IMG/VR virus record: IMGVR_UViG_3300027839_000006
Coordinates: 28,161-92,160 of that record
Reading direction: 5' to 3' (one strand)
DNA: 64,000 nt
Source: a virus
The notes under the pieces were generated by a model. That model saw nothing but the letters and a program-made list of their open reading frames with translations. It did no database searches and had not been told where the DNA came from. Positions 21,209 through 31,900 of the stretch are shown piece after piece (the stretch's first letter is position 1; each line of letters starts with the position of its first letter). The translations under genes were made by a program, and so were the position numbers.

Positions 21209-24200
21209 ATGCCCCGGAAAAAGAATCCTGGTGATATCCGGGTTGGGGCGGGTTCTCGATCCGTTGAAGAAACCAACTGGACACTTACTCCCGGTAAGGC
21301 GGGGAAAGTCGATGAGGCAGATGCTTCTCATGCAGAAGCCGAACATGACCACGGCATTGGCCCTGGTGGTGTTGGATCATCTCCCCTGAAAACCCACATC
21401 GATGATGAGACCGGAGCCCATCCGGCAGCCTCTATCTCTATTGATGGGAACCCAGGTGGGGTGTTTACGGCAGATGATGTCGAAGGTGCCCTGGACGAAC
21501 TTTCAGCACTGATCCCTCCGAAGCCTCCCAAGGTTGGCTACGAGCGGTGCTTCCTTGATCTGACTGGAATCCCCGATTGGGGCGTTCTGAAGTTGACCGA
21601 TGCGTCTTTGCTTTTCCGAAGCCCCGCTATCTTTACGCATACATCCAACCCACCGGCATCGATCTATCCCTACTATTGGCACCCCACTCACCCGGCTTGG
21701 GAACACAGGCCCTTTGAGGCAGAGGGCAAGCAGTTCGACAATGACTACACGATGGCGGGGGAGCAGTGGTCTCAAGGCGGTGACGATCCGTGGACAGACC
21801 ACACCTTCAATATCCACGCTGTTACCTATTCGGGCGGCGGTGCAGGTCTAACCCACGCCGGGGCGTTCACTCGATCAGATAACAACAATGTGCATGAGCG
21901 AGTAGACACTGTTCGTATCTACCCTGCGTATGACATCGGAACAGGAACGAACGTCGATGACAACGGACTGATTCCGGTCGTTCTATCTGGGATGATTCAC
22001 CCGGCAGACCGTGGTCTTCTCGCTTTGATCTACTGGCCTCCTGGTGGAGACATCGCAGCGTTCATGGCCCAGGATCTTGCCGAGCAGGTTCCCGCCGCCA
22101 TCTTGTTGGGGCAGGGGATCTTGGGCCAAGGCTGTCCATGTGACGGCGACCCAGGTGGCATCTTCCTTATGGGTGAAGACGAGAACGGAGACTTCGATCC
22201 CTATGAGTGGCCGGGAGCCGCTGCGGGGCAAAGCTCCCTTCAAGAACTGCACAGTGGCATTCGATATGATGGCCTCATCTTCAGTCAGGACTCTCCGTAT
22301 TACAACTTCGATGAGCTACAAGATGAGTCTAAAGAGATTGGTTCCTTCGTCCTCAATGGGACCGAAGTCACCTTTACCGTAACGAATCACCTATTTGATG
22401 AAGCTGATGTAGTCAGTGTTCGAGAGAACTCAACACATCCTTGGTTGAACACTGACTGGATCATTGAGTTGGTAGACAACGACCACTTCCTAATCCGCTT
22501 GGGCGAGGATGTCGGTTCGGCCACCGTTGACCCTGCGGACGGCAAGGTGTTCCGTAAGGTTGGTGCCAACAAGGCCCATTACCCAGACGAGGTTCACACG
22601 CCCTACCCAGGTCAGGTTCGGTTAGGCACCGACCCCCAAGCTGGGCAAGCTATCCCCAATGGTATTCCCATTCTTGGTGCTTACTCCAAGGCTCGGGCAG
22701 GCGGGAACGACAACAACTTCTTCCGCTACCGTCTCCCTTATCTGAACGAATACTCGAATGAAGCCTGTTGGCGTCTGAAGTGGACCCCTACGAGTGAGAA
22801 GGGGCGTTACTACCTAAAGCCTGCTGTTGCCCTTGAGCCCGACGATTTGCTGGCACAAGCAGGCGACTATCCCGACTTCACGAAGGACTATTGGCCCTTC
22901 CAGTTGGGTAGATATCGACACCGCTTCCTCATCAATGCTTGTCCTTGCGTGGGTATCGAGAACGCTCCCTTTGATTTGGGCAGCTATGTTCTGGTCCACT
23001 TCAAGAAAGAAGTCTATTTTGAGGACATGGTGGCCCGGGGCGAAATGCCCACCAAGGACCGCATCTACTCTGCTTATCTGGCTCACTTCGATGATCCAGA
23101 GCATGTCTCAAACGCTGCCAACGCTGAAGAAAGTGGGTGGCAGGCGCTCATTGGACCCGACTTCAACCGGGCACCCTGGTCTTATCACGTCATGCGAGCA
23201 TCGATTCTCGCAGATATGCGAGAAAGCTCTGACGCCCCGACCATCTCAAACGCTGCCTTTGACTACGAGACGGTTGGCGACAATGTGATGTGGGTCTCTG
23301 GAGTGGCATATTTCCACCCCACACAGGCAGATGGTACGGCAGGTTTCTGGCTCAAGGACGTGACCACTTCGGCTGCTGGTCTTTGGGCAAACAACTATCG
23401 GACTTCTGACCATCTCCAACGAGTGTTGAACACACCGAACCCGGCCTTGCTCGGGGTAGCCCCCTTCTCGTACACCACCCATGTTCCTGACTGGGTGGAT
23501 ACGGATGGTGTTGGCAAGCCACGGCGACAACGTGTCGAGTTCGACATGGAATATCTGCTTGGAGCGGTCCCCGGTTTCGGGGTGGATCTTGCACCCATCG
23601 CTACCGCCGCCGCTAACATCTCCGTGGATACAATGAAGCTGTCAGGGGATGCCGCTTTTGCATCCTTCTCGTCCGACGCTCATCCCCGGGCTTGGTTCCG
23701 ACGACCTCTGGGACACACAACGTATAGTCCCGCAAGCACCGTTCTTCCGACCATCGGTGTCTCACTGATGCTCCCCAACGGTCTCAAGTTACTGAACCAC
23801 TCATCTGCTTTGAGCCTCTACCCCATCTTTGGGAACTTCTTTGAGGGCGGCATCCCCCTCCTTTCATTGACTGGCGGGTTGATGGCTGACAAGCCACTCG
23901 CCATCTGGAAAGACTCTGTTGAATGGTTCTTGGATGAGTCATACAGGTACTCGCTTGATTGGTCCCTGGCTCTCAATGGGGGTGATATCCAAGATGAGTT
24001 GAACGCTCGTTTGGCAGGCCCAGGGCTTCCATATACTTCGGGCAACCCCCAACCCATCGAAGTACCTGTACGTGCAGCCCATACTCCGACCATTACAGCG
24101 GTCATCAACAGTGAAGCTGTGGACTGCGACTGGAACAACGCTTCTTGGCTGCAAGCTGGTTTGCACGAACAGTCCCTTACAGTCTTTACCGATCCCGGTG

Positions 24201-27200
24201 AGGCTCAAGTTGCAGGGCTACCAGACCGGAACCCTCCAATGTTTGAGGGGCTCCAATCTCCGTTCCCGGCAAGAGGCATCCTTCTGTACCCCCAGACGAG
24301 CTACACGGGAACCCACCGCCCCCTGGCAGGCGAAGACTACGCAGGCAACGCCCAACCCGACTATTCCGGCATCACGGGCGACCGTGGCTATGTTCGCTGC
24401 TTCAACGTGGGGTTCTCTCGGACAGACTATGGATCTTCCGCAGCGGGTCAGCCATTCTTTACCCTTCGCCTTTGGGGCCTGCATGTAAGCGATATCGCTT
24501 ACATGGCACCCGGTCCTGGATCATATTCCATCTCTGTTCAAGTCAAAGTCCCCGGGCTGACGACTTGGATGGATCTTGGCCGTCCCGATGGGGCAGGCCC
24601 CTCCAAACAAGACCCCAAGCTCGATGGAGCAGGGTGTCTTGTTCGTGGGCCAGAAACGAAGAACAACCCCGCTGAACCCGTTACAGGATTGGTCTCCTGT
24701 GACTTGAAAGTGAACGTCGGCCCGGTAGCTAATCTCTTTGAGAGTACCGGCCATGACTTTGTGGCTGGCGAGGTTCCTGTACTGATCAAGGTGGTCTTGA
24801 AAGACCGAGAGAGTACGCTGCAAGGGAATCCGAATGTACTCCAGTACGATTTCCGCCATCGTTGGGACAGCGAGGACGGAGATTTTGATGGGGGACCACA
24901 CCCAGACTTCGAGTCAGGGTTGGTTCGTGGGTTGGTTGGCATCGAGATTCTTCATCCCGAGGGTCATGCCGCCCCCAGTCCTGCGGCGCTGCCCCCCGGT
25001 TTGCCTGTGGTCACCGCCCCAGCCCCATTCTCTGTGGAGCTTGATGTGGCAGCAGCCGCATCGGCTGCTCAAGCCATCTCCTTCGCTATCGCTGCAACAG
25101 TAGCGTCTCAACAGGTGGTCCAACAGAGCTTTACGACTCTGTTTCCAAGTCTTATGGTAGGGCTCAACGAGGCCATCGCTGCTGCTCAAGCACAATCAAG
25201 TGCTGCCTCCAGCACTGCATCCCCGATTCAGGTCTTCGACTACCAGCCCACGGTAGAAGGGCTCGATCCAAGTGCCACACTGACGGTGGCCCCAGCGGCT
25301 CTGGTAGAGGCCCTGGAGGGGTTGGAGACTATGTTCGCCTCCAAGACCGAAATCTTCCAAGCGTTTGATCCAGTTGCTAACCCACTGTTAGCAACAGAGT
25401 TGATTGGCACTACTGGAGGTTGGGGTTCTATGGACGGTGTTGATGTCGGTGTTGATCCCTTTGGGGTCAATGCAGCGCAGTTGGCATTGAACGTAGCGAA
25501 CGCCGATCTGGTCGCCGTACAATCCTCTTACGATGAGGCTGTTGCCTCTCTCGCTGCCCTTACGACTGCCGTTACTACTCTGTATGATCACTATACAGCG
25601 GAGGGTACTGATCCTACGAGCGAAACCGTTTACAATGGGTTGATCGCAGCACAGACCACAGCGCAGCAGCAAGTTGACCAACTTGGGGCCGCTCTTGCGG
25701 CGGCTCTCGCAGCCGTTGAGGCCGCATCCGCCGATCTGGCTCAAGCCAATGCACGCACAGCCCAATCACAAGCAGCCAGCGCAACTGCAACTTCGACAGA
25801 CGCCGAGAATCAGGCAGCCGCAGCCGTAGCGAACGATGCCGCACATGCAGCCGTTACATCAGCAGCCGCAGCCGTAGCCGATTACCAAGCGGCGATTGTA
25901 TCGGTGACCGATGCAATCGCGACACTGATTGCTGCGTCTGCTCCCACTGGACCCGGTTCCATCGTGGCTACGCTGCAAGCCATTCTTGCAGCGAACGAAG
26001 CGGCATTGGCCGAAGCTATGGCAACGCAAGAGGCGGCGAACGCCACATACGTCGAGACACAAGCAGTCCTCGCATTGGCACAAGCCGCTTACGACGCCTC
26101 ACTCGCCCCCACGGTATCAACGTCTCTGTGGACTCTTGCTACTCACGCCTCTGATCCTGCTGTGCCTGCCGGAAGTGTGCTTGCGTTTAGTAGTTACAGT
26201 GGCACAGCCCCGACCCTTACGGTCTCACATGACCCAACCCTTGGCATCGCCGCACACCTGTTTGGGTCTGACGCAAACGGGATTCTCCTGACCTACGGTC
26301 CCGGGTTCTCAATGGGTGCGTTGTTGGCGTTGTTGGAGTCGCATTATGCGGCGGATAACGCATCCGCCATGTTCTACGACGGGAGTAACTGGCTGGTGTC
26401 AAACACCATGCTTGGCACTGGTGCGGATTTCTTCCTCGCAGGAGCCACTGAATCGTTGAATCTCGGCCCCGCCGAGTTGGGTGCAAATGGTGCTGGTACG
26501 TGGGTCGCCCAGGCTGTGGATCACTCCGTTATTTGGTCGATCAGCACCTACTCTTCCGTACAACCGGGTCAAAACACGGGCGCAACTGCTTGGGGTGACC
26601 TGACTTTCACTGCGTCTACGGCCAACATCCCAGCCGGGGTGACGGGCGTGCTGGTCGAATACGATGCGAACGCCGCTGCGGGCTCGGTGGTAGAACTTTC
26701 TACCACCCCCAACCTAACCTTGAAGTATGGCCCCGGGGTTCAACTCTCGGCGTTGATGGATGCCTGGGCAAACTCCAACCTCATCCCTGGAACAGAGGCG
26801 ACGTTCGTCACAGCCATAGGGACATACGACTCTTCGGCGTTGGCGGCCAGCGCCGAAGATGGCTTCATTCAGACTATCGGACACTTCTCTCTGGAACTGG
26901 TAGCCAACACTTTCGCTGAAACACCCACGGCGATTTCGGGTGAGTGGACATTGGTTACCCAGGACTTCACAACTTCATGGTCGCTGATGACCCCCACACC
27001 GACAGCCATTGGGACATTCGCTGTTACCCAAACTGTCATCGGCCCCGCTACGGTTTCCCCTCAAGTGGGGATTCAGATCGAATACGACGCCAGCGTGGCA
27101 GATTATTCTGGAACCACGGTCGGCGATCCCGGTTCGGATACCTACCAAATCAAGTACGGCGACATCACTCTCGCCACTTTGATGGGGTCCATCGATAGTG

Positions 27201-28810
27201 ATCCAAACCTCCAGTCGGCTGGTATTCGGACTACTGTCGCAACGCTCGATGAGCAGAATGCCTCATTCATAAGTGGAACATCCCCTTGGGATATGGCTCT
27301 GAAGCAAGGCGATAACGTCATCGACTTTGATGAGCAGGCGTGGGGAGCCACTTCATCAGTGACCTGGACATCTCTACCAGTCTTCGTAGCGGCAACATGG
27401 ACCATTCTGGAGATAGATGACTTCCTGCGGCTTGGACATGAGGTCGATCCTGCTGAAACCCGAAGTATTCAAGCCTCGTATGACGCTGCCCGCACCCCGC
27501 ACGAAGTACAGGTCAGTTTCAATGCCTCATCTGGACTCACAACGATTACCTACGGGGCCAACACCACCCTCAGTGAACTGATGATGGGCTGGGAGCTTTA
27601 CGTCAGTGACAACAACCTTTCCAGTCCAGCAGCGGTGACAGCGGGTAATCACCCGGCTGAAGTTGATGGTCTCCCCGGCTTGGGCGATGACAGCATCTCT
27701 GGGGCTGAACTCGTAGCCAACGGCGGGGATATTCCGTTGCTGGGCATTACGAGTGATACTTACGGTTTCTGGAGTCGCAACCTTCCCATAGCGGTGATGG
27801 GTCAGGCGACCGTTGTTACGGCAACCCAGACCGTCACACCTTATCTGACTGACTTCACCTTCACTTGGGACATGCCCGAAGAGTTCGACAACGCTGGTAC
27901 TGTCATCCCTGCCATCGGCAACTTGGAAGTCACTCACACGGCGGTCCCAACTACCGCTTTCAGCAGCTACTATCCCTATGGGCAAGGCATTAGCATCACG
28001 CACGATTCAACCCTCTCGACCTCGTTTGGCAGTCAAATAACAGGGATCGCACCGAATCAGATCGTAGCTATCACGTACAATGACAGCCAGCCGATAGCTC
28101 TACTGATGGCCCACATCAAGACCGTTCTCGAAGCACTGCCATTAGCTAATGGCAGCACCGTTACGGTGACACTTGGCGGGGTCGATGCCAATGCAGTACA
28201 GAGTGACCCCACCGCTAATGTAATGACTCAACTTGGAAGCCAAAGGCTCCTGTTTGATACGCCCACGTCTTTGAACTTGAACACTCCGGCCCCTGCTTCT
28301 TGGGGCTACACGGCGGCGTACAACGAATGGCAGGTTGCATGGACCATTGGTGTCTCGGGGGAAGCTAACAACCCGAACCAAGACCAATCGCACGAACTGG
28401 TGCTCTCACGGATGAGCGTACATACCCCCGAGGCACCCCCGCCTTTTTACAGCATCAGTTTTGAGTACGATTCCACGGCAGCCGCCGGTTCCGTGAATCC
28501 CGTGCAGAACGACATAAATGACCCCACGGCAGGTGTAGTTTGGAAGTACGGGGTCAATGTCTCGATGATGGACCTAATGTATGCCATTGACGTTTCTGCT
28601 TCTTGGGGAGGTAGTGATACCCCGTCCAGATTCTCGACATTGGACGGGAACACTCGGGACGAAGTTCCCGGTGGAGTGGCCGGAGACTTTACACTCGTCG
28701 CATATGACTCAGAGGGCAACGCCGCCAAGGCTCTGTTCCTACCAGCAATCCAGACATGGGATAGCACTGACACGGTGGTCCCAACCCCTGCGACATGGGA
28801 CACAGTATAA
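21209..28810 (+). CDS. Giant virion structural protein (2533 aa): N-terminal core, Ala-rich helical stalk, six degenerate C-terminal repeats
   Basis: Long ORF. Fibre-type motif 'HPAASIS...ADDVEGALDEL'. Sharp change in composition after about aa 1250. Confidence 0.55.
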   Translation: MPRKKNPGDIRVGAGSRSVEETNWTLTPGKAGKVDEADASHAEAEHDHGIGPGGVGSSPLKTHIDDETGAHPAASISIDGNPGGVFTADDVEGALDELSALIPPKPPKVGYERCFLDLTGIPDWGVLKLTDASLLFRSPAIFTHTSNPPASIYPYYWHPTHPAWEHRPFEAEGKQFDNDYTMAGEQWSQGGDDPWTDHTFNIHAVTYSGGGAGLTHAGAFTRSDNNNVHERVDTVRIYPAYDIGTGTNVDDNGLIPVVLSGMIHPADRGLLALIYWPPGGDIAAFMAQDLAEQVPAAILLGQGILGQGCPCDGDPGGIFLMGEDENGDFDPYEWPGAAAGQSSLQELHSGIRYDGLIFSQDSPYYNFDELQDESKEIGSFVLNGTEVTFTVTNHLFDEADVVSVRENSTHPWLNTDWIIELVDNDHFLIRLGEDVGSATVDPADGKVFRKVGANKAHYPDEVHTPYPGQVRLGTDPQAGQAIPNGIPILGAYSKARAGGNDNNFFRYRLPYLNEYSNEACWRLKWTPTSEKGRYYLKPAVALEPDDLLAQAGDYPDFTKDYWPFQLGRYRHRFLINACPCVGIENAPFDLGSYVLVHFKKEVYFEDMVARGEMPTKDRIYSAYLAHFDDPEHVSNAANAEESGWQALIGPDFNRAPWSYHVMRASILADMRESSDAPTISNAAFDYETVGDNVMWVSGVAYFHPTQADGTAGFWLKDVTTSAAGLWANNYRTSDHLQRVLNTPNPALLGVAPFSYTTHVPDWVDTDGVGKPRRQRVEFDMEYLLGAVPGFGVDLAPIATAAANISVDTMKLSGDAAFASFSSDAHPRAWFRRPLGHTTYSPASTVLPTIGVSLMLPNGLKLLNHSSALSLYPIFGNFFEGGIPLLSLTGGLMADKPLAIWKDSVEWFLDESYRYSLDWSLALNGGDIQDELNARLAGPGLPYTSGNPQPIEVPVRAAHTPTITAVINSEAVDCDWNNASWLQAGLHEQSLTVFTDPGEAQVAGLPDRNPPMFEGLQSPFPARGILLYPQTSYTGTHRPLAGEDYAGNAQPDYSGITGDRGYVRCFNVGFSRTDYGSSAAGQPFFTLRLWGLHVSDIAYMAPGPGSYSISVQVKVPGLTTWMDLGRPDGAGPSKQDPKLDGAGCLVRGPETKNNPAEPVTGLVSCDLKVNVGPVANLFESTGHDFVAGEVPVLIKVVLKDRESTLQGNPNVLQYDFRHRWDSEDGDFDGGPHPDFESGLVRGLVGIEILHPEGHAAPSPAALPPGLPVVTAPAPFSVELDVAAAASAAQAISFAIAATVASQQVVQQSFTTLFPSLMVGLNEAIAAAQAQSSAASSTASPIQVFDYQPTVEGLDPSATLTVAPAALVEALEGLETMFASKTEIFQAFDPVANPLLATELIGTTGGWGSMDGVDVGVDPFGVNAAQLALNVANADLVAVQSSYDEAVASLAALTTAVTTLYDHYTAEGTDPTSETVYNGLIAAQTTAQQQVDQLGAALAAALAAVEAASADLAQANARTAQSQAASATATSTDAENQAAAAVANDAAHAAVTSAAAAVADYQAAIVSVTDAIATLIAASAPTGPGSIVATLQAILAANEAALAEAMATQEAANATYVETQAVLALAQAAYDASLAPTVSTSLWTLATHASDPAVPAGSVLAFSSYSGTAPTLTVSHDPTLGIAAHLFGSDANGILLTYGPGFSMGALLALLESHYAADNASAMFYDGSNWLVSNTMLGTGADFFLAGATESLNLGPAELGANGAGTWVAQAVDHSVIWSISTYSSVQPGQNTGATAWGDLTFTASTANIPAGVTGVLVEYDANAAAGSVVELSTTPNLTLKYGPGVQLSALMDAWANSNLIPGTEATFVTAIGTYDSSALAASAEDGFIQTIGHFSLELVANTFAETPTAISGEWTLVTQDFTTSWSLMTPTPTAIGTFAVTQTVIGPATVSPQVGIQIEYDASVADYSGTTVGDPGSDTYQIKYGDITLATLMGSIDSDPNLQSAGIRTTVATLDEQNASFISGTSPWDMALKQGDNVIDFDEQAWGATSSVTWTSLPVFVAATWTILEIDDFLRLGHEVDPAETRSIQASYDAARTPHEVQVSFNASSGLTTITYGANTTLSELMMGWELYVSDNNLSSPAAVTAGNHPAEVDGLPGLGDDSISGAELVANGGDIPLLGITSDTYGFWSRNLPIAVMGQATVVTATQTVTPYLTDFTFTWDMPEEFDNAGTVIPAIGNLEVTHTAVPTTAFSSYYPYGQGISITHDSTLSTSFGSQITGIAPNQIVAITYNDSQPIALLMAHIKTVLEALPLANGSTVTVTLGGVDANAVQSDPTANVMTQLGSQRLLFDTPTSLNLNTPAPASWGYTAAYNEWQVAWTIGVSGEANNPNQDQSHELVLSRMSVHTPEAPPPFYSISFEYDSTAAAGSVNPVQNDINDPTAGVVWKYGVNVSMMDLMYAIDVSASWGGSDTPSRFSTLDGNTRDEVPGGVAGDFTLVAYDSEGNAAKALFLPAIQTWDSTDTVVPTPATWDTV

Positions 28811-28871
28811 CCATGCTTGGAGCACTTGATGAAGCAGTTGATATTTGAGCTTTTTTGGATGGCCGGTGCCC

Positions 28872-28904
28872 CGATAGTCCCACTATACGGCACACCTTGT
28901 AGAG
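28872..28904 (+). promoter_or_regulatory. Candidate late promoter motif
   Basis: CGATAG-tccc-ACTAT-acggcacacctt-GTAGAG, upstream of 28923. Confidence 0.55.
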
Positions 28905-28922
28905 CACGGAGAGTCGAGTCTC

Positions 28923-31900
28923 ATGGCAACAGATAAGGAACTGCTTGAAAAGTTGCGTAAGGCCCTCGAAGAAAAGGGCCATACGACAGCTTTGCGTGAA
29001 CCGTGGCAAGAACACCTTGACCGGCATACCTCTGTGTCTTCAACGGCGTCTTTGCAGGCGTCCGAGATCTTCTCGGACTTCGCTGGATCGTGGGCTGCTT
29101 CCTATCAAGTAGACCCCACCGCCACAGATCTGGACAAGATCTCCAACGAGCGGCTGCCCCCTTCTCCTGCGAAGATGACCTCCAAGCTCGGTCTCCCGGG
29201 CTACCCCGAAGTCAACTTCATCCCGTACAGCCACAACACGAATCGTTTTGGCGTCAAGGGGCCATCTCTTTTAGGCCATCCGATCTCTTTCGAGGTCATC
29301 GGGCCAACCGCCAAGTCTCCCAACGTGGACTGGCAGTGGTTTCTTCAAGAAGGCTCCAGTGAAGACCGCCTCTATTTGGATCTTGGGGCGAACCTCCAAG
29401 ATCCAAATGGAAGCAGTGTTCTGGCTCCTTCGATCACCAGCCTGCAAGACGGTTATGGGGATCTCTACGGTGACAACAGTCAGGCCGGGATCTATGTCAT
29501 CATCACCCAGACGGGTGAGAACTCCAAGACGGACACCCAAGTAACGGGTGTTGGTGACGGCTACATCGCTCTGGAGGGCGTTGCAGGCCCGGGTGGGGGT
29601 CTCCGAGAGGCGATTCGTGCCAAGACCGGAGCCTCGAAGTATGAAATCTTCCGAGTTGTCTCCTGGTCAAACGACTACCTGCAACTCGATCCGGGTAAGC
29701 GGATTCGAGACCACTTTGACATCTCGGCCAGCACAGACCCGATCATCCGGTCGATCATGTTGGTTCGACCAAAGGCCACTCGAATGGTCTCCATCCCCGG
29801 TACAGGGGATGCGAAGGGACAAGAACGTGCCCTCGTTGTGGTTCCTCCCGAGCGGTCCCTCAACTCCGATCTGAAGCCTCCTTATGAGTACGACAACGCT
29901 GCTCCTGGCTCATGGCGAACCGAGGGGTTCTACGGAGCTTGGCCCGGTCTGGGTAATGGCGACTCAAATCTTTACGCTCAAGGGTCGTCTCTTCCGGTCC
30001 CTCGGATCGTGGGCCGGTCCCGGGCTTTGCTCCCATCTACTTTGGAAGTCCCTGGCGTACCCCCCAATCTTCTCGTACTCAAGGCCGCCACTTACTCGGG
30101 GGTTGAAGATGCGAGGGATGAGCTAAAGGCCGGGGATGTCATCCATCTCCATGAGGTCTATTCTGACGAACTTGCGGAGGTAGCTCCGAAACTGACCGCC
30201 TCACCACATGGTTGGTGGGAAGTAACCAGTGTTCCTGCCCGTGGGGGGACAGACCAGTTTATCCAGCTTCGAGGGATCGAGGAAGTAAACCCACGCACGG
30301 GTAAGGCTCACTTCGGTCCGTGGGCAATCGACGGGTCAGGCCAAGATCTCTCACAACCGGTCCCGCAGGTTTGGGTCAAGTTCACGATCCACAAGCCCAT
30401 CAAAGACTTGTGGAGCAACACAGGTACGGGGTATCAGTTTGATCTGGACGCTCTGAAGAGCGCCCGCTTGACCAACTTGATTGACCCTTCTTGGGTCCGT
30501 GAGTCTGGTAAGGCCATTGAGATTGGGCACGAAACGGTCTGGGCCAAGGCCGATAAGGCCATCTTCGATACCACGTCTTCACAGCAGGGTCTTTCTGGAA
30601 CGAACGCAAACCCAGGCAGCTTGCTGGACCTCGGTTTCCGAATGGTCCTCTTCCCCGCTATGGCGTCGGGGGATCATCTGGTCCCAGACTTCGCCAACCC
30701 GATTGATAGCCTGGAGGTTCGTTTAGATGAGGATGCTGCTGACGAACGGCAGTATCTCACTATCGACTATTCAGCAGGCATCGTGGTCCTCTCTCACTCC
30801 CCCAAGCTGGGGTGTGAGCTTGATCCTCATGGGTTGATTGGGCAGATCACCGACTTGAACCCTCGGGGTGAGCTTGTTCTCTTTGCTTCCTGTGTTCCGT
30901 ACTCGATGGAGATGGGACAGCTTGGATCAAGCATCCGAGTCACTTCGGGAGCGATGGAGCCCGACTGGTGCCTCCCCGATTCGACCCAAGCCGATGTCTA
31001 TGGTGCCCGTCACCGTGTAGATATCAAGACGGATGTTGATGGGGCACCACAGATCGTAGGCAGTCAGGTCTTGGGTCAATCCCTCGTCTTGGCGCTGGCT
31101 GTTCCAGCCACACCGATGGAGTTCAAGAAGTCCCTGGCGGCTTTCCCGGTCGCTGGTCACATCGAGATTCTTCAGTCGAGCGAGGCCCCGGCGTTTACCA
31201 CAACGTCATCGACCACGGACACTATCCGACTCTCGACGTTCTCCTATAACGGAGTGGACGTATACACAGACTCGGACGGCCCGTGGGTTCGGTTGCGAAA
31301 TGTCTATGGCGGTGCGGACGCTGGCAATAGCGTAACGGTCAATCACGACGGGGAGTTCCTCGTCGTATTCCGCAAGGACTTCTACCCAGAGACCGTGATC
31401 GACTCCACGGGAGACTCTGACTTCTCCTATCAGTTGGACACGACACACGGTTCTGCCAAGCGTACAAAGACCCTCCGGTTTGCTCACGCCAACCTGTTCG
31501 AGAACCTCGACGGAACCATCACGGTTTACCCAACAGCCGTTGACGGACCAGCAGAGGAACTGCGGGCCTTCTTCCCACTTGGGGGGCCAGACGACACTGC
31601 TCGATTCCATTTGGTCCCCGAGACGCAGATGTGGACCGCAGACAGCGGCCCGTGTCGGGATGATGGGGAGCATGAGGTCGGTATTGAGATCAAGCGGGGA
31701 CGCTTCTTCTCGTCCATGCGAGTGGATGTTCGCCAAGACCACATGCGGTACTGGCGGTTCACCAACCTCGTATCGAAGCTGGAGCTTCAAGCACCACAAG
31801 GACTTGAGACGCCACCAGATACTTTCGTAGCCCACATCAACACCGGGCAGGATGCAACTCAACCCCTGCCTCCGCACTACATGGACTGGATGCCCCAATC

